NCBI GenBank assembly: GCA_049513715.1
Contig: JBEKVV010000001.1
Location: 352,001-416,000 of the forward strand
Direction: 5' to 3'
Length of the DNA stretch: 64,000 bases
DNA from: Candidatus Bathyarchaeia archaeon
GTDB lineage: Archaea > Thermoproteota > Bathyarchaeia > 40CM-2-53-6
How positions within the stretch are numbered: position 1 is the first letter of the stretch; each line of letters starts with the position of its first letter. A program made the translations under genes and the position numbers. Below the pieces are notes generated by a model that was not told the DNA's origin, made no database searches, and saw only the letters and a list, made by a program, of their open reading frames with translations. Positions 20,218 through 28,840 of this stretch are shown piece after piece.

Positions 20218-20443
20218 TGGTGGGGCCGAAGGGACTCTCCTGGTTCAGGGTGGAACCATTTTGAACCCTCGACTTCCGCCATGCCGTCATGTCTACGGGT
20301 TTCTTCGCTCCTGAAGTTCGTCATTCCGAACTGGTCCGCAAACCCGGAGGTTTGGTCTTCTGGAGCCCTTGGCGGGATCTTTCCCTGTCGTCATCCCTGG
20401 CTAGAGACCGCCGCTCAATCCGAATCATTGCGCCTACGGCCCC
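20218..20443 (-). tRNA. trnW: tRNA-Trp(CCA) with five BHB introns and encoded CCA
   Basis: exons 20434-20443, 20387-20405, 20360-20368, 20293-20300, 20260-20273 and 20218-20234 join to a 77-nt cloverleaf GGGGCCG TA GTCT AGCCAGGGA TGAC G ACGGG CT CCA GA CCCGT AGGTC GAGGG TTCAAAT CCCTT CGGCCCC A CCA. Confidence 0.88.
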
Positions 20444-20679
20444 ACACGGGTCGCGACAGGGCGGCCCCAACCACAGAGGCGTGGGAAGTTGCTATATGGA
20501 TTTTGGCCCATAGCCGCAGTTGATTTGTCACCTAGACGCCGCCGTGAGGCCAATGTTTTCGGTATGGCCAGCAGAGAGTTGTGCAGCGAAAACGGCGGTT
20601 GGCTTGCACCCACAAAGGCGCGCCGAGCGTCGCCGCCAACTAGTAATATCCGACCAACATCAAATCTATCCGAACAACG

Positions 20680-21894
20680 TTGATCAGGATAGGCCTGATT
20701 GGGAAAACCAACGCGGGCAAAACAACGTTTTTCAATGCAGCCACCCTGCTGAGTGCCCCGGTTTCAACGTACCCGTTCACCACGAAGAAGCCCAATATCG
20801 GGCAAGCCTACGTGCGCACGGTCTGCGTCTGCAAGGAACTTGGCGTCAGGGATAACCCGAAGAATTCAACGTGCATTGGCGGTGCACGCTTCATCCCCGT
20901 TCAACTGATCGACTTACCGGGACTGATCAAAGGCTCCTGGATGGGAAAGGGGTTGGGGTCCCAATTCCTCAGCGTAGCCTCCCAAGCGGATGCCCTCATT
21001 CACATCACCGACGCCTCTGGAAGCCTCGATGCGGACGGAAAACTGACGAAGCCGGGTATGGGAAACCCCGTATCCGATGTGTACGATATTGAGGAGGAGC
21101 TTGTCAGGTGGGTCTCCAAGAACATCGAAAAGACTCTCAAGAAGATGAGGAGGCACTCCAAGAAAGGTGCCTCGACCGTGAGTCTCCTTGAACGAGACCT
21201 AGCTGGCCTGAAGGTCACACCCGACCACATTGTCAAGGCTCTTGAACTAAACGGTCTCATGGATAAGGACCCGGGGAAGTGGAATCGTGATGACCTGTGG
21301 AACTTTGCGAAGAGTGTTAGGCAGATTTCAAAGCCAACCCTCATAATTGCCAATAAGATGGACTTGTCGCCGGCCGAAAGGAACTACGCGAATCTCGCGA
21401 AGGAGTTTGGCCAAGCTTTCGTTCTTCCGGCCTCCAGCGATGCAGAACTGGCGCTAAGGCGTGCGGAGCAGAAGGGTTACATACAATACCTGCCGGGCGA
21501 GGAAGTGTTCCGTGTGAAGGACAAAGAAAAGCTAACCGCTGATCAAAGGGAAGCGCTAACCTATGTTCAACAACGCGTCTTCTCGAAATGGATTCAAACT
21601 GGCGTACAATTCGCCATCAACACGACTGTGTTCAAGCTTATGGGCATGAACACGGTCTACCCCGTTGAGGACATTGAGAAACTCGCAGACAGGAAGGGCA
21701 ACGTGCTGCCCGATGTGTTCCTGGTCCCATACGATGCCACTGTCAAAGAGTTGGCCGCACAGGTTCACTCGGATTTGGCCAAGACAATGCTCTATGCGAT
21801 TGACGCGCGCGCCAAGATCAGGCTACCTGGTGATTATAAGTTGAAAGATCGTGATGTCGTGAAGATAGTCGCGGCCACCAAGGGAAAGGGCTAG
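20680..21894 (+). CDS. ychF: Obg-family YchF/Ola1-like NTPase with TGS domain
   Basis: GKTNAGKTT, YPFTT, DLPG, NKMD, C-terminal TGS. Confidence 0.92.
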   Translation: MIRIGLIGKTNAGKTTFFNAATLLSAPVSTYPFTTKKPNIGQAYVRTVCVCKELGVRDNPKNSTCIGGARFIPVQLIDLPGLIKGSWMGKGLGSQFLSVASQADALIHITDASGSLDADGKLTKPGMGNPVSDVYDIEEELVRWVSKNIEKTLKKMRRHSKKGASTVSLLERDLAGLKVTPDHIVKALELNGLMDKDPGKWNRDDLWNFAKSVRQISKPTLIIANKMDLSPAERNYANLAKEFGQAFVLPASSDAELALRRAEQKGYIQYLPGEEVFRVKDKEKLTADQREALTYVQQRVFSKWIQTGVQFAINTTVFKLMGMNTVYPVEDIEKLADRKGNVLPDVFLVPYDATVKELAAQVHSDLAKTMLYAIDARAKIRLPGDYKLKDRDVVKIVAATKGKG

Positions 21895-22451
21895 GACCTG
21901 ATAACCTTCAGCAAATCAGCCCTTGTAATAATCCCCAATATGCGCCCTCGCTTGGCAACGAGCACTGCGGGCTCATACTGAAGAAGCGCTGAAACCGTTG
22001 ATAGGGGTGTTTCTTCGCTAACTGTAGGGAAAGCCTCATCCATGATCTTCTCCACTGACTGCTTAGAGACATCGTCCGGGTTTGGGGCGGAAACAAGTTT
22101 CTCAAGGATGATCTTCTCGGTTAGGCTACCGACGACTCGGCCGTCGCTGAAAACCGGCAACTGCGAAAAGCCTGTCTCACGCATGACGCGCACTCCCTTC
22201 GCCACTGTTTCATGTGACTGCACTCCGACGATTTTTCCGTGGCTGACCACTTTTGCCTTCACCTCATTTCGTCGTTCTAGACTCTCCAGGGTGTCGAAGA
22301 CTGCCTTGGTCTTCGTGTAAGAAGGACTAGTCCTTCCGCCCTCAATTTTCGCGATCATGGATTGGCTGACCCCTGCGAGTTTGGCGAGTTGCTTCTGGTT
22401 CAGCGTGAGGAGTCGCCTGCGCCGTCCAATCTCTTCCAGTTTGGGTAGCAT
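21891..22451 (-). CDS. XRE-HTH plus CBS-pair transcriptional regulator
   Basis: QKQLAKLAGVSQSMIAKIE HTH; FSQLPV and GIITRADLL CBS motifs. Confidence 0.92.
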   Translation of the reverse strand: MLPKLEEIGRRRRLLTLNQKQLAKLAGVSQSMIAKIEGGRTSPSYTKTKAVFDTLESLERRNEVKAKVVSHGKIVGVQSHETVAKGVRVMRETGFSQLPVFSDGRVVGSLTEKIILEKLVSAPNPDDVSKQSVEKIMDEAFPTVSEETPLSTVSALLQYEPAVLVAKRGRILGIITRADLLKVIRS

Positions 22452-22477
22452 GCCCTACGACCTGTTTCCGAAGGTTA

Positions 22478-22489
22478 TTCCTAGGAGAA
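22478..22489 (+). repeat. putative attL core TTCCTAGGAGAA
   Basis: identical to 32740-32751; adjacent 22494-22517 matches 32777-32800 at 19/24 nt. Confidence 0.7.
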
Positions 22490-22541
22490 ATGGATAGGAA
22501 CATAGCTTTTGGAATACTGAATCGTCAAGAAATGAAACAAT

Positions 22542-23027
22542 TTAGGCGCGCCAGGGGTCTACCCGGTCGTAAGTGATCTGTCTAGCTTGGTTCGTGGCTA
22601 TCTCAAACTTGAAATGGTCAACGGGTGGAACGGTGTTCTTCACTAGCATCTCGTCAACTATTTGGCACCAATCACGGAACGACTTTATTATGGCCTGCCT
22701 TGTGACGGGTTTAGCTGTCAGCATCCAATTGAAGAACTTGGCCGTTCGCCCGTTAGGGAACTTCTGCATCGCGGCTTTCATGAGTTGCTTAGAGGTGGGA
22801 ACCGTCGAACGTTTCACGAGTTCAAAGAAGCCTCCATCAGTTGATTCATACCCATGCTTTTCTCTAGTTATCATGCGCTCACGTTCCAATCGGTGAACCT
22901 GCTTCCAAACCGTTCGACTACTCCACTTCCTCCTGAGTGCATATTGGCTGCACGGGCCATGCATTGCGATGTGTTCAAGGATTTCCAGTTCTTTGCCTAT
23001 TGGTTCAAATGATCGCGTCATTCTCAA
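22542..23027 (-). CDS. winged-helix DNA-binding protein
   Basis: ILEHIAMHGPCSQYALRR…TVWKQVHRLERERMI pattern. Confidence 0.7.
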   Translation of the reverse strand: MRMTRSFEPIGKELEILEHIAMHGPCSQYALRRKWSSRTVWKQVHRLERERMITREKHGYESTDGGFFELVKRSTVPTSKQLMKAAMQKFPNGRTAKFFNWMLTAKPVTRQAIIKSFRDWCQIVDEMLVKNTVPPVDHFKFEIATNQARQITYDRVDPWRA

Positions 23028-23099
23028 GACCTGTTTACAGGGGTAAACAGGTAAGCTCCACCTTAAAACTATTAGCTCCTACTACTGAATAATAGGGAA

Positions 23100-23249
23100 A
23101 TGAGTTTGCTCACCATCAGGTCGCTATCCCTAGATGAAAAGCAACTGTCAGAACTCGAACGCGTAGCCAAAGGCGAAGACCGCAGCGTTTCCTATCTTGT
23201 TCGACAAGCCATCAATCAATATCTCAAGAGTAAGGCGGCTGCGTCTTGA
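23100..23249 (+). CDS. ribbon-helix-helix (CopG-like) regulator
   Basis: MSLLTIRSLSLDEKQLSELERVAKGEDRSVSYLVRQAINQYL; divergent from the wHTH gene. Confidence 0.8.
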   Translation: MSLLTIRSLSLDEKQLSELERVAKGEDRSVSYLVRQAINQYLKSKAAAS

Positions 23250-23413
23250 CTTCTTCATCAGCATGCACTTGGTGCTCAAAACAATTCAGGGCAGCCAGCC
23301 AGGAGGAACTTGGGAAACTCATGAACCAACATGAGCCCGCATGCCCGAGGAATCCTAACACTTTCAATGCCGCTTTGCGCCAACTCGTTGATCAGAAACA
23401 GAGGTCGTCCTAG
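23246..23413 (+). CDS. 55-aa C2HC zinc-finger micro-protein
   Basis: TTG start overlapping the previous stop; CTWC…HEPACPRNP. Confidence 0.6.
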   Translation: MTSSSACTWCSKQFRAASQEELGKLMNQHEPACPRNPNTFNAALRQLVDQKQRSS

Positions 23414-23416
23414 TCC

Positions 23417-23533
23417 TTGGCAATTTCCCTTCCCTGCGTGAAATGCAATCAACCAATCGGTGAACTTCACGATCCAACTTTGGTCGACAAAATCAGTCGG
23501 CATATGCAACTATGCCCAGGAGCCAAACAATGA
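23417..23533 (+). CDS. 38-aa C2HC zinc-finger micro-protein
   Basis: MAISLPCVKC…RHMQLCPGAKQ. Confidence 0.55.
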   Translation: MAISLPCVKCNQPIGELHDPTLVDKISRHMQLCPGAKQ

Positions 23534-23630
23534 CTCGTAAGCCTCCGCATGACTTGACGTTAAAGCGAGAACGGGTTTCTAGTGCTGGAACCTCTGCTTA
23601 TGGTTTATTCGGCTGGGGAGATCGAGCCCA

Positions 23631-24203
23631 ATGAAACGCATAAGGCTACATCACTCAAAGCGGCCTATTACACTGGAGGAGTTAGGGCGCCGAGTTAACG
23701 CAGAACAGAATCTAGCAGACAAAATCGAGGCGACAGTAAAACCTCAGATAGAAGCATACCTCACGGCTTTGAAGTATCCGAAAGGCATGATGTCCACGAC
23801 CGACAGCGCCGAAGTCCGCGACATTCTGAGGCGTATGGAGCGACAGGTTTCCCCCGGTCATAAATTAACCTTTCAAGATGAATCACGAATCGCGAGGACA
23901 GTTGAGGCTATGAGTCAAACCATCGTACCTTTCTCCGACGCGGAAATTGACGAGCAAAGAAAGCAGATTTCCAGTCTAGTATTTACGATGATTCGCTTTG
24001 CCAAGGAAAACCAACGTCTTCAGGATTTGAGAAAAGAGCAACTAGAACTCCTAGAAACTGCGAATAGGCAACTGGAACTTATCACACGCGGAAATGCTTT
24101 GCTGATTTCCCTAGGTGAACTCGAATCAAGATTACCCGCTATAGTCGATAGCTTACACACTTCTCTACCAAAATTCGGCAAACGGTTAGGGGTAGCCTCA
24201 TAG
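23631..24203 (+). CDS. coiled-coil hypothetical protein
   Basis: 190-aa ORF in the operon; heptad-rich C-terminal half. Confidence 0.7.
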   Translation: MKRIRLHHSKRPITLEELGRRVNAEQNLADKIEATVKPQIEAYLTALKYPKGMMSTTDSAEVRDILRRMERQVSPGHKLTFQDESRIARTVEAMSQTIVPFSDAEIDEQRKQISSLVFTMIRFAKENQRLQDLRKEQLELLETANRQLELITRGNALLISLGELESRLPAIVDSLHTSLPKFGKRLGVAS

Positions 24204-24451
24204 TGGCGTGGGAATTGGGGAAACATATGAACGTCCAAGTCACGGGCTGGGGCGCTAGGTTTCTTCTTTCACCTAGCACAAAAAGGGCGCAAGTTTTCAC
24301 GTCGCGGTCTAGGTTTCCCGCCTCGTGTTGTTTCCTTGCGGCCTTTTCCTGGCGCCTCAACCCGAGACATTCACAATCACAAAGAAACCGGCAGGGAGCC
24401 ACCGGTACAGCGCTTTGGCCCCCGTCTTTGCCCATGTGGAGGCAATGAATT

Positions 24452-25600
24452 TTGATTTTTGCGGATAAACAGGTCTTCAAGGAAACATATGTGCCTGACA
24501 AGATCCTTCACCGAGATGACGCTATCTCAAAGATCCAGCATATTCTAGCCGACTTTCAGAGAAATGCCAAACCTCGCAACATCCTCTGCCTAGGAGGGTT
24601 AGGCACTGGCAAGACCGCTGCCCTTCGCTCTATTTGCAGGGAGCCACCTAAAGGCGTCAAAGCCGTCTTTGTGAACTGCGCCGAAACAAACACCCAGACA
24701 AGAATATTCAGGGCCGTTCTCGAACAACTCGGCGTCACGGTGAAGACCGGATTCCCTGGCGATTATTATTTGGGCTTGTTCAAGGCAGCCCTTCCACCAC
24801 GTCTAATTTTGGTATTTGACGAGGTGGATCGGCTGATTCAGCACAGGGAAAGCGAATACGAGGAATTGTTCTACACGCTGATGCGAACCGTCGACCCAAA
24901 GGAAGTTGTTCTAATAATGCTAACGAACAAGTTCAACCTGGAAACGTTTCTACTCCATGAACTCGACCCTAAAGTTAGGGACACTCTTCCCTTTGAACGG
25001 ATTGAGTTCCCTGATTATATGGCCTCGGAATTGAACGACATCATCTCCGCACGTGCAGAAATAGGATTCAATTCTTCAGCATATGACTCCGGAACAATGG
25101 CTCAAATCGCCCGCATTGTCTACGAACGTGGATTACGGGCTAGAGGGCTAATAGACCTAGGTCGAAAGGCAGGGGAAATGGCGGAATCAAAACAACATGA
25201 GAAAATCACTGAGGAAGACATCAACACAGCAAGCATCGAACTGCTACATGGCCGGAGCCTAGAGGTCATAAATCGGCTTCCACCCAACCTCCGCGCAATC
25301 CTAGCGATCATCCTACTCAAATCACCTATCATTGAAGAGGCTTACAGCCAATTCAAGAAGACTGCGCTTGGAAAAGATGTAACCAAGAACGTGTTCTACG
25401 GCTACCTAAAGGAACTTGAGACATTTGGCTTAGTCGAGAAGAAAACAATCAGTCGAGGATACGGAAGAGGCGTAATGGTTCGCCTCAGCGTAGCCGACGA
25501 ACTCAGAAGCATGGTAGCCGACAGCCTCGCAGACACCACCACCCCACCGGACCAAATGAATTACCACCAACCACTACCACCACTACAACCTACAATATAA
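24452..25600 (+). CDS. cdc6: Orc1/Cdc6-family replication initiator (element-encoded)
   Basis: YVPDKILHRD, Walker A GGLGTGKT, VNC, Walker B VFDEVD, FPDY, C-terminal wHTH. Confidence 0.92.
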   Translation: MIFADKQVFKETYVPDKILHRDDAISKIQHILADFQRNAKPRNILCLGGLGTGKTAALRSICREPPKGVKAVFVNCAETNTQTRIFRAVLEQLGVTVKTGFPGDYYLGLFKAALPPRLILVFDEVDRLIQHRESEYEELFYTLMRTVDPKEVVLIMLTNKFNLETFLLHELDPKVRDTLPFERIEFPDYMASELNDIISARAEIGFNSSAYDSGTMAQIARIVYERGLRARGLIDLGRKAGEMAESKQHEKITEEDINTASIELLHGRSLEVINRLPPNLRAILAIILLKSPIIEEAYSQFKKTALGKDVTKNVFYGYLKELETFGLVEKKTISRGYGRGVMVRLSVADELRSMVADSLADTTTPPDQMNYHQPLPPLQPTI

Positions 25601-25772
25601 GAAATGAATGAAAATGTATCACCAGACGACGACAACAAATTCATTTAACGCGCTAGGGGTGGCGGGGGGTCTTCTTTTGAGTAGAAAGGGAATTACCCGT
25701 AGAACCGGGTCTCTCGGGTCTCATTGTGTGTGCTGTGGTACACAAAACGCCATTATTGGAGGATTCTCCTGA

Positions 25773-26042
25773 ATGAGAAAGAAGATGGGTCAAGCGCGGC
25801 CGGGGAATCAGAACGCCAAGAAGACGCTTGCTTGGGTTGACAGTTTCGATCTAAGTTCCCAGGAGGGTGTCAGGCAGTTTCTTGCGGAGGTTGTCAAAGC
25901 CACTTGGACCGGAGACTTGGGTTCTAGGGCGGCGGGTGCTTTGAACGGGAGCCTTCGCCTTTTGCTGGAACATGAAGTTCTACCGCAACTTGAGGCACGA
26001 ATCAAAGTCTTAGAGGATAACAGGGGAATGAAAGGGAATTGA
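25773..26042 (+). CDS. small protein with GNQNAKK motif (terminase small subunit-like, tentative)
   Basis: GQARPGNQNAKK N-terminus; LEARIKVLE C-terminal coil. Confidence 0.55.
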   Translation: MRKKMGQARPGNQNAKKTLAWVDSFDLSSQEGVRQFLAEVVKATWTGDLGSRAAGALNGSLRLLLEHEVLPQLEARIKVLEDNRGMKGN

Positions 26043-26227
26043 CGAGAATCAAGAAGCTGAATGAACGCCTAGACGCTCTTGAGCCGAACCTAGTTTCAAA
26101 GGTAATTCGACCAATCATCTTTCGCGGTCGACGGATTGAGACAGCTCGAGACGTTGATGAAGTCGTGGAGCAGGGAGGCCGAACCTATGCAGCAACCGCG
26201 GAAACCGAGGAGGATGTTCAGAATTGA
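26039..26227 (+). CDS. small hypothetical protein
   Basis: 4-nt overlaps with neighbours; N-terminal KKLNERLDALEP coil. Confidence 0.6.
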   Translation: MTRIKKLNERLDALEPNLVSKVIRPIIFRGRRIETARDVDEVVEQGGRTYAATAETEEDVQN

Positions 26228-26610
26228 CGAAAATCAGCAACCTTGAGGAACGCGTACATCGACTGAACCAAACAGAGGCAGTTATGCCACCGTTGCCGCC
26301 AAATTCTCAATGCCTAATCGGTAAGCTCGTTATTCGTGCTCTCCTAATCTGTGACCATGAAGACAAGTCGTCTAGTGTTGAGGCTACGAACGAAGAACTA
26401 GAGAAACTCATAGCTGAGGGCGGCGGCGAGAAATGGTGCAACAATCCGGCTGCCGTTGAGTCTCTCCGCTTAAGACGCTGGTTCATCGACCACGACAAAT
26501 TAGAGAACCTGATTCCTCGGCTATGCTACACCACCGAGATTAGCCAGGTTGACCGAGACATAGCGAACCAAGAGCAGAAACTAGAAACGAATCGGAAGGT
26601 AATTGCCTAA
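26224..26610 (+). CDS. hypothetical protein
   Basis: coupled ORF; N-terminal SNLEERVHRLN coil. Confidence 0.65.
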   Translation: MTKISNLEERVHRLNQTEAVMPPLPPNSQCLIGKLVIRALLICDHEDKSSSVEATNEELEKLIAEGGGEKWCNNPAAVESLRLRRWFIDHDKLENLIPRLCYTTEISQVDRDIANQEQKLETNRKVIA

Positions 26611-26972
26611 TGACGAAATCAGAACTCAAGAAACTAGGGACACGGATTGATTCACTAGAACCTAAACCAGTGAATGCGGCGAATACGCGTAGTGAGCTGC
26701 TTCGTGGCCTCGTAACTCTTGGCGAGGACGATCAAGTATGTCTCGCCTATCTGATTCGAGACCTAGAAAAGGAGAACGTCGAACCAGAGAACTTTGAGGC
26801 TTGGCTTTCTAAGCGGCCCGAGAACCAACAAGCGTTAGCGCGGAAGGTCCTTGCACCTCTCAAAGAAAGACTCGACGCCGGCGCCGCGGAGTTAATGCGT
26901 GATAGTGACCTTGCGAAAGCTCAAGGTCTCACCGAAGAGGCGAAAGGAGACGTGGCAAGTCACGGTGAGTGA
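26610..26972 (+). CDS. hypothetical protein
   Basis: coupled ORF; N-terminal KKLGTRIDSLEP coil. Confidence 0.65.
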   Translation: MTKSELKKLGTRIDSLEPKPVNAANTRSELLRGLVTLGEDDQVCLAYLIRDLEKENVEPENFEAWLSKRPENQQALARKVLAPLKERLDAGAAELMRDSDLAKAQGLTEEAKGDVASHGE

Positions 26973-26975
26973 ATC

Positions 26976-28826
26976 ATGACTATTTCTCGGCAAACCATCG
27001 GCCTAATTCTCCTAGAAGAATGCGACAGCCTCGGGGCTTGGACGAAACAACACACCGCCTCCGCATATCAATCCGTTGACACAACCGATAAACAGTCTGG
27101 CACTGCCTCTTTCCTCACAACATCATCCAATTCGACGAGTCCCTACTATTCATATGGCGCTTTCACTAAACAGTTGAACATGGGGACGGGTGTCGGCAGA
27201 CTCATTCGGATTTTTTACAAGGTCCACAATGCTGGCGTCGGAATAACTGTCGGCGCTTTCGCCGTTTACACAACTGATTGGAAGTCACCTGTGGTCCGTG
27301 TTGGAACCGTCGGGGGCGCGACCACTTGGTCAACTGCAACATATGAAACTCCCGCAGGTAACCCTGAAGGCATACAGAACTGTGAACTCGCCTTCGCCTA
27401 TGCTTTTTCAGGTTCCACCATTCATGCGGATCGTCTCGTAATCTGCCAAAGCAAAAACCTGATCCTAGCGGATCTTGCTGTTGGGCAGACGGTGCTACTC
27501 TACAGGGCCAGCGGCACATTTTTGGACACGCAAACCGTAGCCGCCGGTGCGTCTTCGGTTACGTTCGACGTTTCCGCCGAGAACGTCCCCGAAAACATGT
27601 ACTTCAAAATCTACGCAAGCGACGGCACCACCCTCATCGAAACCACGACCACTTGTGAGATGTGTGGGGGCGACGAATGGACCTGGACCGCTTCGCCGGG
27701 AACTTTGACTTTAGCTGCTGATGCTTTCATTATTCTCGCCTCATCCACAGGTTCTCCCACTGCTGCTCCCTACGTAGTGCGGGCAACGGCTACGCTTAGG
27801 AGACTGAACGGCGACCCCTATACTGGAGAAGCAATTAGCATCATAGTTGGACGCCCCGACGCAGTTACTTATTGTGATTCTAGCCTAACAACTGACTCAA
27901 ACGGGGAAGCATGGTACGAGTTTAATTCCACTGTGGGTGGTCTTCAAGTAGTTGCGGCAATTTGGGGAGGTGACGCCACGGTTCCCGCAGCAACCGTCCA
28001 CGTTGTGGTGCACGTGTTTGCGGCTTTGGAAAAACTGGACAAGAACAAGAACTTTCAGCTATACGTTGAGGGAACCGAGTACGAGTTCAACGGCGGCAAC
28101 TACTACCTTTGCAGCGAGAACGTTCTCGGACAGTTCGAAGTGACGGTTCCAACTTGGCCCGATGTGAAGCCCGTAGTCATGGGGCTTGTTAGCATTTACA
28201 GGAAAGGTGTGAAGGAGTTCGCTGGGGTCCTCAAAATCGTTGAACGCGGTTTACTGCCGAAAACCATTACTCTGACGGGGCCCGACATTTCATGCCTGCT
28301 CGACAGCGTAACCGTAGACTACGAATCCTATTCAGCGAAAACCCCGCAGTATATTCTGAATGATTTGATTACGAAGTTTCCTTGCGGTCTCACGGTTGGC
28401 AACTTGGAAACCTACTCGGGGGATCCGATTAGCCTCGACATATTGAATTTGAAGCTCAGGGAGGCAATCAAGAAGGTTTGTGATGTAGTTGGATGGATCT
28501 ACCGCGTGAACATGGATTACAGCTTCGACGCCGGTTCATCGTTCGGAACCTACAGCAGCGCGGCTTTCGTTGAAGGCGACACCGACAACCCTCTGTTACC
28601 TGGGTGCAGAGTGACCCCGGACTACACAGTTGCCTCCAATGACATTCACAGCCGAGGCGCAGGCGAAGCCAATTCTTCCCTTTCCAGCACAGCCCAAGAC
28701 GCAGCAAGCATCATGGAAATCGGCCCGCAGCAAGCCCCGGTCTTCCAGAAAACTCTGAGCCACCAAGGCACACTTGACACGTCAGCGCGGGCAGAACTGA
28801 AACGCAGAACTCGCCGGACCGCATAA
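26976..28826 (+). CDS. virion tail/baseplate-like protein with beta-sandwich and Ig-like domains
   Basis: Thr/Ser-rich beta protein; Big-1-like TATLR…LTTDSNGEA; C-terminal third resembles tail-hub proteins (LTGPD…LL, LREAIKKVCD…W.YRV). Confidence 0.55.
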   Translation: MTISRQTIGLILLEECDSLGAWTKQHTASAYQSVDTTDKQSGTASFLTTSSNSTSPYYSYGAFTKQLNMGTGVGRLIRIFYKVHNAGVGITVGAFAVYTTDWKSPVVRVGTVGGATTWSTATYETPAGNPEGIQNCELAFAYAFSGSTIHADRLVICQSKNLILADLAVGQTVLLYRASGTFLDTQTVAAGASSVTFDVSAENVPENMYFKIYASDGTTLIETTTTCEMCGGDEWTWTASPGTLTLAADAFIILASSTGSPTAAPYVVRATATLRRLNGDPYTGEAISIIVGRPDAVTYCDSSLTTDSNGEAWYEFNSTVGGLQVVAAIWGGDATVPAATVHVVVHVFAALEKLDKNKNFQLYVEGTEYEFNGGNYYLCSENVLGQFEVTVPTWPDVKPVVMGLVSIYRKGVKEFAGVLKIVERGLLPKTITLTGPDISCLLDSVTVDYESYSAKTPQYILNDLITKFPCGLTVGNLETYSGDPISLDILNLKLREAIKKVCDVVGWIYRVNMDYSFDAGSSFGTYSSAAFVEGDTDNPLLPGCRVTPDYTVASNDIHSRGAGEANSSLSSTAQDAASIMEIGPQQAPVFQKTLSHQGTLDTSARAELKRRTRRTA

Positions 28827-28840
28827 GGAGGCGAATCTGA

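Noticed and set aside
20274..20300. Reading the tRNA as Val(GAC) or Ala(GGC) using CCGCC/GGCGG as the anticodon stem
   Set aside because: No BHB-consistent splicing gives a 7-nt loop with U33, and the Ala G3:U70 pair is absent. The Trp parse accounts for all 226 nt.
20281..20523. ORFs 20281-20523 and 20289-20513
   Set aside because: Antisense to the tRNA-Trp gene; no protein features.
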